A DNA stretch of 63,793 nucleotides, counting the filler, from Octopus bimaculoides (Eukaryota): NCBI RefSeq assembly GCF_001194135.2. It is 5 parts of 5 records of this genome, joined end to end, with 100 filler letters (N's around TTAATTAATTAA, not from the genome) between each part and the next. Parts side by side here need not be neighbours in the genome. Positions count along the whole stretch, not along the records: positions 1 to 11,396 come from NC_068981.1; positions 11,497 to 34,546 come from NC_068995.1; 3 more parts are not named here. The stretch is one strand, 5' to 3'. The notes under the pieces are model-generated. The model was not told where the DNA came from and searched no databases. It worked only from the letters and a program-made list of their open reading frames with translations. The translations under genes and the position numbers were made by a program. Position 1 is the first letter of the stretch; each line of letters begins with the position of its first letter. Positions 1 through 13,377 of the stretch are shown piece by piece.

Positions 1-1237
1 ATATATATATATATATATATATATAGGGGTGTATATGTTATTGCTATTTAGTTCTGTTCATTCTAATTCGATCAGAACCATAATCACAACCAGCCTAACC
101 AATGATCGAGTGCATTTTCTATTGCACGTGAACCTGTGAGACTAAATCACCCAATGCGTCTCTAATCTACCCAGGGCCATAGCATATGATTTGAAATATC
201 TTTTTCTGTCAGTTCTGGTGCGTTGCTTACTCACAAAATTGATGATCGTATGGGAATTTTATATATCAAAATATAAATGAATTTTCCCCTCAGGAAACAG
301 TCACTTGTGTTTATATAATATAATGTGCTTTCGAAGGATGTCATATAACCCCATCGTCATAGATCAGTCGACCAAGTCACCATGTGGCGATAGTATTGTA
401 AAGTGGAGAACATATGGTCAAAATTATATAGGGTAAATTATTTCTATTGTCTTAACAAAGACATTAATATTTTTAATTATATTTTGCACATCATAACATA
501 ATGAAATTAATTTCCTTATCGTTTAGAATATCAGCAAACATAATCAATATCTCTTTCGTACCACATTTAATGCATCAAATATTAAAATATAAGAAATATT
601 ACATAAATTTGGCAACACAGTTAAAATCAAACGCACACAGGGGTAAACAAATATATGAACATGTGTGTATTGGACAGCTAGATTTCGAATGCTTACAAAT
701 CGATGTCGATATTATTTCTCAAGGAATAAAAATAACCGTTCGTGCCGACGTTATTCCATGAAATTCCTACCGCCTAAACAACACAATTATCTAAATACGA
801 GGAGTTTAAACACAGACAATGTTAAGTTCATCAAAAGTGCATTAATATAAATTTCATTAGAAAATCAGTATGAATAGGAGGATGATCACGATGCACTTGA
901 TAATGAAGCTCAAGCCAATATTTAATTCCGATTGTATAAAAGATAATGGAATAGTATATTTAATATAATTTACGACCAGCACGTCGAACTTTATTTCAGA
1001 CTATTGTTCATGTTGCATCACTACGGATTGCCTGTCGTAAACAAAATATTTTTTTTTGTTTTCATATAAAAGGCAATCGACTAAAAATGAGGATAAGTCA
1101 GGTAAGGTAATGTATGTTAGAGTGTGTTCACCATCTAAGCGATGACCATGACTTGGAAGTTGATAATAACAGATCTATTTGAATAGATCATACTTGGTTC
1201 TAAACAACACCAACAGCAACAAAAACTTATGAAAATA

Positions 1238-1440
1238 GGCGTAGAAGTGGCTGTGTAGTAAGTAGCTTGCTTACGAACCACATGGTTCCGGGTTCAGTCC
1301 CACTGCGTGGCACCTTGGGCAAGTGTCTTCTACTATAGCCTCGGGCCGACCAAAGCTTTGTGAGTGGATTTGGTAGACGGAAATTGAAAGAAGCCCGTCG
1401 TATATATGTATGTATATATATATGTATGTATATATATATG

Positions 1441-1487
<47 letters not shown>

Positions 1488-1706
1488 GTGTGTGTGTATG
1501 TATTTGTGTGTCTGTGTTTGTCCCCCCAACATCGCTTGACAACCGATGCTGGTGTGTTTACGTCCCCGTAACCAAGTGGTTCGGAAAGAGAGACCGATAG
1601 AATAAGTACTAGGCTTACGTAGAATAAGTCCTGGGGTCGATTTGGTCGACGAAAGGCGGTGCTCCAGCATGGCCACAGTCACATGACTGAAACAAGTAAA
1701 AGAGTA
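1238..1706 (+). mobile_element. SINE family A (tRNA-like head, CORE-like segment, internal microsatellite, 3' tail)
   Basis: Head ggcgtagaagtggctgtgtagtaag...ggttccgggttcagtccc, then accttgggcaagtgtcttc (resembles the MIR/CORE motif), internal (TA)/(TG)n, and tail ctccagcatggcc...gactgaaacaagtaaaaga. About ten similar copies occur in the window. Confidence 0.9.
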
Positions 1707-2459
1707 TATTTTAGGAACACAAGCACATACAAGAGAGCGTCGTTTCTGTTGTTGTTGTGTAGTTCGTATCAACTCTGATTACACGTATCTACAATGAAGT
1801 CTATTACATTCATAGTCATCTCCGATTTTATAGGAATTTACGACTAAACCATCTTCCTTTTTTTTCTCTTTTTCAGGATAACATAGTGTGGTTTGATGGT
1901 GTTTTGACTGTTATTTTACAGACTTCGAGTCCTAACGCATTGATTCTCTCATTGGCGTTCTATCAATCAGTAGTTATACTTCTTACCCGTTTAATCCCAA
2001 GGAATTTGAGCTAAGCAACAACTTAAACTCACTCATGGATTGTTTGAAACATTCAACGTATACATTCACGTGTAAATTTAATGTATCTAAAGTATTGTGT
2101 AAAGTAAATGAATTAGTAGTACAGTGTGTCAATTAGGTAATGGAACATAAAATGATTTAAAACGACGTAGTATCGTACAATAAATATGTCATTCTTTATG
2201 TTTATTTGATTACTACTTGTATGCGGAAATCTCTAACTTTATAGCTTTCTTGTAGTGTAATGAACCCATTTTGGCGAAAGTAATCAATCGCTGCATCGTT
2301 TCATCTCGTCATCGTACGTGCCTTTTCGATTACTTTCCAGAAAGATTTTGGAATATAATTGACAATGCCAGGGAAAGTCTGCAGAGAATGATGTTTGGAG
2401 ACATTCCAATTAATAAAGAATATAAGATATGGTGTTGCTAAGGTATGTATGTACGTACG

Positions 2460-2493
<34 letters not shown>

Positions 2494-2540
2494 TACACGC
2501 ATATAAATATACATATATATAAATATATGTATATATATTG

Positions 2541-2573
<33 letters not shown>

Positions 2574-2591
2574 GTGTATGTATGTATCTAT

Positions 2592-2630
<39 letters not shown>

Positions 2631-2865
2631 CAAGAATAAGGGCAGGGAATCATCAATTAATAATAGAATTAATAATTAACAATTTTGCCAAGTAGTTCAG
2701 TATGAAAAAAACCTTTATCGGTAAAACCATTTATATCGCCATAAATATCGCCCATCCATTTAGAGAAAAATTTGTAGTTTAGAATCAGTAGTTCTTTGAC
2801 TGCTATTTCTAAATTTTCAGTATGTTGGAGAAGCAACTCAATGCTAATCCCTGTATATTTATGAT

Positions 2866-2927
<62 letters not shown>

Positions 2928-3037
2928 CTTATTTATTTGTATATTTTATATGTATATATCTATGTATACTTATATATGTGTATATATGAATACGCTAATG
3001 CATATATACACACACATACTCACACACACACACACAC

Positions 3038-3096
<59 letters not shown>

Positions 3097-3975
3097 AGAA
3101 CAAGAAGCATCAAGCCATAATATATAGAGCAGTATATTACTAGGGGAAATATGTAGTATAATATATGTGGATATAAAGTATAAGGAATTATAGCCTACCA
3201 GCCTGACTATAAATAATTTAGGACCATAAAAATCACTTGAATGTGCTGGGACCTTCATTTGCGTTTTATTGCAAAAATGTTTATAAAAATAAATCTTTTT
3301 CATTTCTTATAAAGTGCATAAATCTTAGAGCTCGAAGATGAGATGTACCCTAAGATATTTCAAATGTTAATTGTAAAAATATCAAATAATCTTAATCAAA
3401 AGTTTGAAACATAAACAGCTGAAGATAGAAAGTTAACACATAAGCAGCCTGAGAAGACAGGGCATATAGAGAATAAATAACATGGGCAATAAAAAAAAAG
3501 AGAAATATAGAAAAAAAAACGATGACGTACACATGTGTTTGAGTGTTGTATGCTCTTAGGAGCTAGAAATGCGAAGGTACTGAATTCCTTTTGATAAGAG
3601 AAATGCTCAAAGTGCCTGCAATTCCATAATATTTCTGATCTAAGGTCTAAATATAATCATTGCTTTCTTTCCATTTCTTCTGCTCAGTTCAGTTTATATC
3701 ATTTGTTTCATCCATGCATGAATTTTCCATTTCATGTCTCAATTGGAACATTTTATCAAGACGAAGTTGTTTTTGCATCAGTTTCCTTCTGTGGAAGTAT
3801 GACGAAGATTTTGAAACACAGGACTATTGGTACCATAACAGAAGAATCTGCTGTGTGAATTTACTTCGTCCCTCTCTCTATCCCCAACTCACTTGCTGTA
3901 CCCCTCTCTCTCTCTCTCTACCCCTCCTTCTTCCCGTCCTCTCTTTTTGTGTGCACACATGCACACACTCACATA

Positions 3976-4013
<38 letters not shown>

Positions 4014-4371
4014 TATATATATATATATATATANNNNNNNNNNNNNNNNNNNNNNNNNNNNNNNNNNNNNNNNNNNNNNNNNNNNNNNNNNNNNNNNNNN
4101 NNNNNNNNNNNNNNNNNNNNNNNNNNNNNNNNNNNNNNNNNNNNNNNNNNNNNNNNNNNNNNNNNNNNNNNNNNNNNNNNNNNNNNNNNNNNNNNNNNNN
4201 NNNNNNNNNNNNNNNNNNNNNNNNNNNNNNNNNNNNNNNNNNNNNNNNNNNNNNNNNNNNNNNNNNNNNNNNNNNNNNNNNNNNNNNNNNNNNNNNNNNN
4301 NNNNNNNNNNNNNNNNNNNNNATATATATATATATATAATATATATTATATATTCCTTTCTTAAGATATGA

Positions 4372-4470
4372 GGCATAGAATTCTGGGACAGTGAGGAAGT
4401 CGATTACATCGATTCCAGTAATAAACTGGTACTTATTTCATGGCGCCTGAAAGGATTAAAGGCAAAGTAA
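4372..4470 (-). mobile_element. SINE family B fragment
   Basis: Reverse complement matches the B body gcctttcatcctttcggggtcgataaaataagtaccag...gtcgatgtaatcgac seen at 20770 and 52805. Confidence 0.7.
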
Positions 4471-4486
4471 ACCTTAAATCTCCTTT

Positions 4487-5560
4487 ATCCAATGGTTTAG
4501 ATCGTTACCTCATAAGGATAAATGCAAGTTCATACAAGTGGACATTGGTTAATACTATTCTAGCGTTTCACCCATTCTTTTTAACAAGGCCCCTATTTAC
4601 ACTCTTAAACATTCGGATCTCGTTTGGAAGGATGCTGAAATAATCCTAACATTCCATCATACTGTAATTAAATTTATAGAAAATTATGGGCCTCTAAGGA
4701 CACTCACTATAATTTTGATATCCCGATGGGGGGTCAAGTGACTCGGCCCTGGTAACTCTCCTCGTGGGATGTAATTTACTCTCCTGTTTCCAGCATTGTT
4801 TCGCCTTTCTTTCCGATGGTTTCTAAAGGGTCGATGCTCTGCTTTACGATCCCGGGCGGTAGTAATAGCGAGGTTGAGTGGTACAGAAAATGAATTGGCT
4901 CCATTCTTTAAGAACCTAGGCTTTAGTGTCTATTTTAGTTCTAACTTTAAAACCGCCGACTACCTAGCTGATACCTCAGATCTCGATAACTATTTTCATC
5001 AAGAGCACAAACCGGGGAAGAACATTAAGCACAAAAACTTACTGTCCAATCGACCTCTCTATCCTAGATACCGTATTTTATAGAATTTCATCTCTCTCAG
5101 TCAATAACGAAATATTTGACTAATACACCCATTTTTATAACATTGCGCTCAGTTGAGTTGGCTATAGTAGCCAAGGTAAATATATTCGAATCTGGAGGGA
5201 TACTCGTCCTTCAGTATCCGGCACCAGGGATATTTCTACTTCTATAGCGGATACTGAAGGCATCATAATTACCCCACCCGTAGTAAACCTTTCCCTTATG
5301 ACCAAACGTATGATAACCGTGTTAGTCTAATAGACACCCTACTAGCGATAGGGTAACCTGTCTGAACTCTACCACCGCCCATCGGCACTTCTAAAATTTG
5401 CTTTCCTATCATAACTCATATGCTGGAAGCCCCGTAAAACGTGGCGTCCAAACTAAAGCCGGTGACAAAATCTGGTTTCATCCCACCCCCATTCTCTCTT
5501 AAGATTCAAAGTAGGCTAGTTTGATAATCCATTTTTTCATCTCCACACGACGATGTAAAC
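4487..5560 (+). pseudogene. Highly decayed Penelope-like retroelement reverse transcriptase
   Basis: Frameshifted motifs in the expected order: IQWFRSLPHKDKCKFIQVDIG*YYSSVS, DAEIILTFHH, FDIPMGG...LLVGCNLLS, FKNLGFSV...NFKTADYL, NNEIFD*YTHFYNIALS*VGY. These resemble PLE RT motifs such as WFKNI..K..CKFIQFDIVDFYPSIS, FDVTMGS..GAEICELVG and SSNEEIF...YNxAL...GY. Confidence 0.7.
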
Positions 5561-6479
5561 AACGTAGGGCGACATGTTTGGCTAAGCTGGTTTTGTGTTT
5601 CTTAGAATTTATGTGAAGTGCATTGCTGTGCCATGTAACGTTCGTAGTCCGCCTCATACCTATTCCATTCCTCACATATTTCTTACGGTTATCTGCACCT
5701 TTAGCAACTTCGGTTGCTAAACCGTGAGTTGTATGGTGACCATCAGCTTATCGGAATTCTCTTTTAATTTCAATATAGGACGAAGTGTGAAACGTACGAT
5801 GTTAATAAATTTGTATGACAAGTGACAGTGTATGACAAGGATGTAAGACCCAATCACAGGTTGATCATCCCACGACCCTTCTCAAATTTTCAGTCTCTCT
5901 CAATTTGCTTTGGCTGTTGCTATGGAACCCAGTTTACAACAGAAAACCCACCCAATGCAGTGTGTTGTGCAATTACATCGTATTAGAAGCTGCTACATAT
6001 TAGGCACTTATATCTTAACATACACTTTGTTACATCACACATACGTATGCCTGAGCGTATGTTTGTTTGCACCTGCGTTCATCCGCTGTGTGCGTCTTAG
6101 TACATAGATCTACCGATATTTAGAAAGAATGATTAATTTTGTCTGCAGAATTGATTGTTTGTAACAGTTTTTATGATTTGCCTTTATTACATTTCGAACG
6201 AATTAGCAGATTTACAATCCAGTATTCTGGCACCATTCGTGCACATAAGCGAGATTATATATTCATGTGTTTAAATTTATTTACAGATTATCAGTAAGCA
6301 CGATATTTCAGTTCTTTCGTAAATTAATACTTCGCCATTGGATGCACTGTAATGCAAATAAAATATGCATCGTGTAAATAAATGTAAGATACACACATAT
6401 ACTGACACTCTTTCCTCTCCCTCTGGCTTCTCCTTCTGTTCTCTATTTCTCTGTTTCTTCCTATCTATCTAACTACCTG

Positions 6480-6640
<161 letters not shown>

Positions 6641-6946
6641 CTATCTATCTCACTCTTTCATTGTCCATAAAAAAGATGGTGGTAGCACACTTAGTATTGA
6701 CTGTAGAACTCAAGTTTGTCTGCATTTAGCGCAAAAAGTAGAGATGACAATTCTTTTAACCATTTAGCTAAATGTAACCATGCACCAATTTGCATGCTAA
6801 AACCACAGGCATACATATTGTCAGCACTCATGTAAATTTCTAGGATACATATCCGGGGACAAGCACCTCTCTCTCTCTCTCGACCTCTCTATTTATATGT
6901 ATGTATGTACATGTGTATAAATGGATATATCATATATATGTATATA

Positions 6947-8479
6947 CACTACTATCCAAAAGTTTAAGATCACCTAGGAAAATTTGCTTCTAAGTGAAAA
7001 TTTTAGTTTAATGACATCGATTTAGATCATTTTTAGGTATAAAAATATGAAGTAACACAGTGCATAAAGTTTGGGGTTTATTCGATATGGAATAATACCA
7101 TTTATACATATTTTATATACAAATAATCATATTTCTTGGCGGCAAGCCTATTTGGGAATGTTGACAAAGGCATTTTAGCATCCACTTTTTGACAATGTTG
7201 CAGTACATTTTGATTATTTACACTCCCTACGTGCTGTAGGTTGAGATAACACCGTTTAATTACTGCGTTAACTGTGTTATTGTTTCTTTCAGGTTCAATT
7301 ATTAAAAACAAGTCAAATTAGTGAAATTCCTAAAAATCAACCTAAATGGGAAAAACCAGTAATTTATCAACTGAAAAGAGACAAAGCATTGTTACATTAC
7401 ATAGTGAAGGATATTCTTTTCGAGATATAGCCGAAAAAGTTAAAGTTTCCAGCACTGCCGTCTGCTCTGCTATTGTACGGTATGATGAAATAAGAAAGAA
7501 TAACGACAGAGCGCAGTCAGGTTGTCCAAAAGTGACTTCTAAATCACAGGATAAGTTCTTCAGAGTCACTTGTCTTTGAAATAAGCGCTTGCTAGCAAAT
7601 GAAATCACTGCACAAGTATGTGAAGCCGGCGAAATTAACGTGTCTCCTACAACCGTGAAGCGAAGACTCATTGTTACTTCGATGCAAGCGATTGATATGG
7701 GCCAGAAAACACCAAACTTGGACCGTTGATCAATGGAAACGAATCCTCTAGACTGATGAATCAAAGTTTGAAATCTTTGGATCCCAGCATAGAGTTTATG
7801 CGAGGCAAAAAGTTGGTGAAGGGATGACTCCTGGCAGTATAGTTCCAACTGTAAAGTATGATAAGGGAAGTGTGATGATCTGGGGGTGTTTTGCAGGCCA
7901 TAGTGTTCGGGCTAATTATCGTTTAACAAGAATACTGAACCAAAATGGGTATCGCTGTATCCTCCAGCGTCATGCCATACCATCTAGGACGAGGCTGATC
8001 GGTGATAATTTCGTGCTGATGTAGGTTAACGATACTAAACATACTTCTAAACTATGCAAAAACTATTTACATTAGAAAATAGATGAAAAATCCTGACTGT
8101 AATGGAATATCCAGCCCAATCCCTCGATTATAATCCCATCAACATTGTGTGGGATGAATTGGACTGCAGAGTCAAATGCCGACAACCAAGAACCCTCTGA
8201 ACACTCTTACAAAAGGAGTGACAAAATACCAGTGAATATATTCTTCGGTTGCTCGAACGAAGCCCAGATTAAGATCCGCAGTGATCAAGGCCAGAGGCGG
8301 ATATTTCGATGAGTCTAAGATTTAGAGATTTTCTTTGATTTCTCACAGATTTGTTTAGTTGATGAGTTGATTATGTCATCCAATGAATGTAACTATACAT
8401 TAATAAAATATTTCACCAAAATCTCTCAATTATTTCCATTGTTTAGATTGTTTTTCAAAAGAAGTTTTGGATAGTTATG
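6947..8479 (+). mobile_element. Tc1-family DNA transposon, near full length, inactive
   Basis: Left end TA|cactactatccaaaagttt at 6947; degenerate inverted end aagttttggatagttatg at 8462-8479; encloses a transposase pseudogene. Confidence 0.85.
7346..8325 (+). pseudogene. Tc1 DD34E transposase pseudogene
   Basis: MGKTSNLSTEKRQSIV (HTH), KRLIWARKHQTWTVDQWKRIL*TDESKFEIFG, PTVKYDKGSVMIWGCF, NDTKHTSKLCKNYL, YPAQSLDYNPI..VWDELD, VIKARGGYFDESKI*. Several stops and frameshifts; second catalytic D and the E are altered. Confidence 0.92.
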
Positions 8480-8820
8480 GATATATATGTAAATACACAC
8501 ACACACACACACACACACANNNNNNNNNNNNNNNNNNNNNNNNNNNNNNNNNNNNNNNNNNNNNNNNNNNNNNNNNNNNNNNNNNNNNNNNNNNNNNNNN
8601 NNNNNNNNNNNNNNNNNNNNNNNNNNNNNNNNNNNNNNNNNNNNNNNNNNNNNNNNNNNNNNNNNNNNNNNNNNNNNNNNNNNNNNNNNNNNNNNNNNNN
8701 NNNNNNNNNNNNNNNNNNNNNNNNNNNNNNNNNNNNNNNNNNNNNNNNNNNNNNNNNNNNNNNNNNNNNNNNNNNNNNNNNNNNNNNNNNNNNNNNNNNN
8801 NNNNNNNNNNNNNTATATAT

Positions 8821-8867
<47 letters not shown>

Positions 8868-10780
8868 CACATATACACACACACATATACCTCTTTCAGT
8901 GTCACCAATATGATATTAAATAAATAAATTATATCAGTATGTTTTGGCCTGATATCATCGTCTGTTCCCTCCACTAAATTGCATGGCGTACATGTTTGTA
9001 GAGGTATAAAGAGTGGTTGTTAGTTGAATATTGCAGTGCAGAACGTAAAACGGAGTTTTGATTTCTCTTTACATTCGGAGTACAAATGCTAACGGGACCA
9101 CCTTTGCTTCTTATCCTTCTGTATCATTGAACTATTGATGGTGATTATTCAGGCTATGCTGTCACTAAAAGTGTGTGTCCTTGTGTCTGTATTATGCTAC
9201 AATTCTTAAGTAAGGTTCGTAAAGCGGCGATATAACAAGAGCTTTGCTCAAAATGCCTCTCATTATGTATGTATTTCTCTTTACGTTGCACATTTAAATC
9301 ACTCTGAGATCAAACTCGCGATTCAGCCTTTCCAAGGAGATTAGGAAAGCATCAGAAATATACTGCGGTGGACATAATCAACAGAAACTTCCGTAAAAAT
9401 ATCGGACACAATAAATTAATATGATATAATAAATAGTAGATTACATTTAAAAAGTATCAAAGACCCAATTATTAATTTTACGATTGTTCTGTTTGAATCT
9501 TTCATTGCGTTTCTTTAAGACGCAACTCGAGAAAAAAGGATACTACTCAACAAAATCCAGGTGTTGGTGCTATATCGGGAGATTGGTGTTTATGTTTTAA
9601 AATTATTCACTAGATTCGTACTGCGATTAAGCGTTTGGAAAGCAAATGTTGGAAATAAATAAGGTTAGAAACACATATCGCAATATTCATTCCTTTTTAA
9701 GAGATTCATAAATGTTGCACGATTTATCCGATGCAACTCAGCAATGTAAATCGATCGAGCGAACGAGGAAGCTTTTCAATGGTCGTTTGACCTACCGGAT
9801 CAAATTTCCAAAGTTCACAGCCTCTAGAATCACAAAATTAATGGCGTATTGCATATTTAATCATTCAAATATAAATGTAACTAAACGATTATGGTTTGAG
9901 CGTTGTTGAAGCTCTGCTGTATTCTTTCAAAGGTTACCTGCGAATAAGAAAAAAGAAAAATACAAACACAATCTGGTAATGGACATCGTGATATGGAATC
10001 TGACAAAGGAGTGCAATATTATGTATATACTTATATATAGACTATTGTGTATATATTTATATATATATAATATTGTGTATATATCTATATTCATATATTC
10101 ATACATACAAATAATCGGTATAATGCACAGTTATTACAGCCAATCCTCAGACATACCTACAGCCACACTCTTACACAAGCACAGTTATTATTACGAAACA
10201 GTATAATTCCAAATTCTACACCTTACTACAGTTTCAAACAATAAAATATAACATAATACCAGATATAACAGTTATAAGTTTCAAGGTGTAAAATTTATTG
10301 ATGTTGTCCCTAAAAATGAATGAGCTCATGAATTTAGGAAAGTAAAACTTAATATCAAAATTGTTAAAAACCTGGCATAATTATTTTTTACAATATTTAC
10401 AACAACAACACAAACAGTATATATAATAGCAAAACCAAAACGCTAAGGGAAATTAAATTGAGATACTTAGTATATCAAGTGATTTATATGAAACGTATAG
10501 AAATTTTTATTATTATTATATGGAAATTTAACAAGCAGTATACATTTGAAAATATTTATATACTATAGAATTTATCACATAGTTAAATGTGTATAGAAAT
10601 ATAGCTTCCAGTATTGCTCTAAAATATGTTCGGAATAATAACCCCAGAGAAATATCGTTTACTAACTAATAAAATAATATGCCTACTTCCTAATTGGATA
10701 TCTTCCAAATTTTCTGTAGACATATGTACGTAACATAAATGCAGACCTAAACATAGACAAACACATGTACATAAATACAT

Positions 10781-10813
<33 letters not shown>

Positions 10814-10873
10814 AGTATATATATACACATATATATACATATATATGCATATATATATGTATATATATGTATG

Positions 10874-10928
<55 letters not shown>

Positions 10929-11322
10929 ACACAATCTCCTACTTGTATAGATTTACCAATGTCTCTACAAGAAATGTTATGAAAGATGTCATAGACCATA
11001 TTACTTAATTAGCTATATTACAAACCACTGGTTAACTTATGAGTGATATATCGTTGGCTCAGATTAATTTCAAATCTTAGTTAGTCACTATTATGAAAGT
11101 TACTCATATATGAAAACAGAGAATAGCAATGGCAACCGAAGGATCGACTGTCATCGTAGGTATCCAGTTGGAAATGTAAATGACTTTCATGAGGTTGTGC
11201 TATAAAGGGAATATTAATGTTTCGAGCAAACTTGTTTCTATTCATTGGTTCAAATACATGTATAGATATGTACACACATGCGCTCGCACACACATACATA
11301 CATAGATACATACATACATACA

Positions 11323-11396
<74 letters not shown>

Positions 11397-11496
11397 NNNN
11401 NNNNNNNNNNNNNNNNNNNNNNNNNNNNNNNNNNNNNNNNTTAATTAATTAANNNNNNNNNNNNNNNNNNNNNNNNNNNNNNNNNNNNNNNNNNNN
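11397..11496. other. Artificial 100-bp assembly spacer (N44-TTAATTAATTAA-N44)
   Basis: The same 12-mer embedded in N runs recurs at 34591, 47860 and 61537; it gives stop codons in all six frames. Confidence 0.9.
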
Positions 11497-11586
11497 TGTT
11501 TTGGTCTATGGCACAGTCACAGTCACATGCATAATTTGCTAATCAGTAGTTCGATACTCTGCTACTTCATCCACACCCAGCTTCCT

Positions 11587-11655
<69 letters not shown>

Positions 11656-11865
11656 TGTGTGTGTGTGTGTGCGTGCGCGCGCGCGTATATATACACACAC
11701 ACACAAATTTTATAATTATAAGCATAATCATAATTAGGGTTCAGCAAAATTGCTTCACCACATACCGAAATTTAGAAATAGCAGTTAAATACTATTCCAC
11801 TACCATAAGGTATCTCCCAGATTTGAATCAGCAATGTTGTGTTCGATTAAGTCCTATTTGGGGTG

Positions 11866-12315
11866 AAAAATCGATAAACTGATTCCTTATGGGGTTTTCC
11901 ATTTAATCAGGATAAAAAAAAATCGATAAACCGATTCCTTATAGGACTTCCCACTAAAATTGGCTACACCCCATTTTCAACCATAACTTTTACCAATTTT
12001 GATGTATTTTGTTCAAACTTGATGCCAGCATTACTTAGGACTCATGGGATCTTTGAATGCTCTAAGTTCTCCAAAAAAAAAAACGAAAAAACCCCCCCCA
12101 AAAACAATCGATGAGTGGAAAAAATCGATAAACCGATTCCTTATGGGATTTCCCAATCAAATTGTTTGCAACTCATTTTCAGTCAAAAGTCTACCAATTT
12201 CAACGGATTTCGCTCAAATTTGACGTCGATGTTACTTAGTTTGGTTTGAAATAAAGAGCTTGATTAGCTTAATAATCTTAACTTAATCCCGAGCAAAGCC
12301 GGGCTATACTGCTAG
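11866..12315 (+). mobile_element. Non-autonomous Helitron-like element, 3' part
   Basis: 3' hairpin cccgagcaaagccggg (12288-12303), then CTAG (12312-12315) followed by T. Internal repeats of aaaaatcgataaaccgattccttatgg at about 11866, 11918 and 12120. The 5' end is not resolved. Confidence 0.6.
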
Positions 12316-12952
12316 TTATCTATATATTTCATTGGAAAATGGCCTCCAAACAGTTGTTTTCTATCCAATGAAACCTCAAATTTTAAATAGCCAAACAGCT
12401 TCGTACTTATTTCGATGAAACAATAACGTGTAAATAGTCGCAAAGTTTGTTTGTTTAATAATTAAACGCCGGAAAAGCAAATATATAGTTACTGCACAAG
12501 TATTAGATTAAAACTGTCGCAGAAAACTACTAATCCAAAACGTTCCTCAAATACAATTGTCTTTTATAATTTAAGAACGAAGACAATTCAAACAATTACA
12601 TCGTAGACGAGTTGAAGTAGCCATTGAAAACATGTAAACTACAGCTTAATACTCCTAAAAATCTGTTTACTCATAAATTTTTAATTAAAACATATTTTTT
12701 AATGAATTTTTTCAGAGATGCGTTTTCGAATGTGTCGATTATGATTATGCTGACGACATTAAAAAAAGAATTCTATTTAATTTATTTTATTTTATTTTAT
12801 TTTCTTCAGAAAGAAAAGAAGTCCATAGATTACAAGAAATCAGACCAATCCCGAGTCACGACGATGATAATAATAATGAAATTATAATCGTAATTTACAC
12901 CTGCAAAAATGTATCATTAAAACATTACGTTAAAGAAAAAATACGTTATTAT

Positions 12953-13377
12953 AGGCGCAGGCATAGCTGTGTGGTTAGGAAGCTCACTTTGCAGCCACGT
13001 GCTTTACGGCTCAGTTCCACTGCGCGGCACCTTGGGCAAGTGCCTTCTACTATAGCTCCGGATCGATAAATACTTTGAGAACGAATTTGGTAGACGGAAA
13101 TTGTGTGGAAGCCAGTCGTGTATGTATGTATGTATGTATGTATCTATGTATGCACGTATGTGTGTGTGTGTCTTTGTCTTTGCTTTTGCTTCCCAACCAC
13201 CGCTTGACAAGAACTGGTATTGGTTTGTTTGCGTCTCCCATGACATAGCGATTCAGCAAAGGAGAGCATGAGAATAAGTACGAGATCTAAAACATGTGTT
13301 GAGGTCGATTTTTTCGACTAAACCCTTCAAGGCGGTGCTCCAGAATGGCGCAGTCCAGGGGATGAAATAAGTAAAGA
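12953..13377 (+). mobile_element. SINE family A
   Basis: aggcgcaggcatagctgtgtggttaggaag head, accttgggcaagtg, (TATG)n/(TG)n insert, ggcggtgctccag tail. Confidence 0.9.

Noticed and set aside
3600-3880. Coding-like stretch (WKYDEDFETQDYWYHNRRICC)
   Set aside because: No consistent splice sites or recognisable domain on either strand.
9000-9215. TATAAAG followed ~26 nt later by an Inr-like gcagt and a downstream gtaagg donor
   Set aside because: Such motifs arise often by chance in AT-rich DNA and no downstream gene supports it.
11441-11452. TTAATTAATTAA islands inside N runs (also 34591, 47860, 61537)
   Set aside because: Identical synthetic spacer with fixed N flanks; an assembly artefact.
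11866-12147. Spaced 28-bp repeats superficially like a CRISPR array
   Set aside because: Spacing is irregular, the spacers are themselves homologous, the context is eukaryotic and there are no cas genes.
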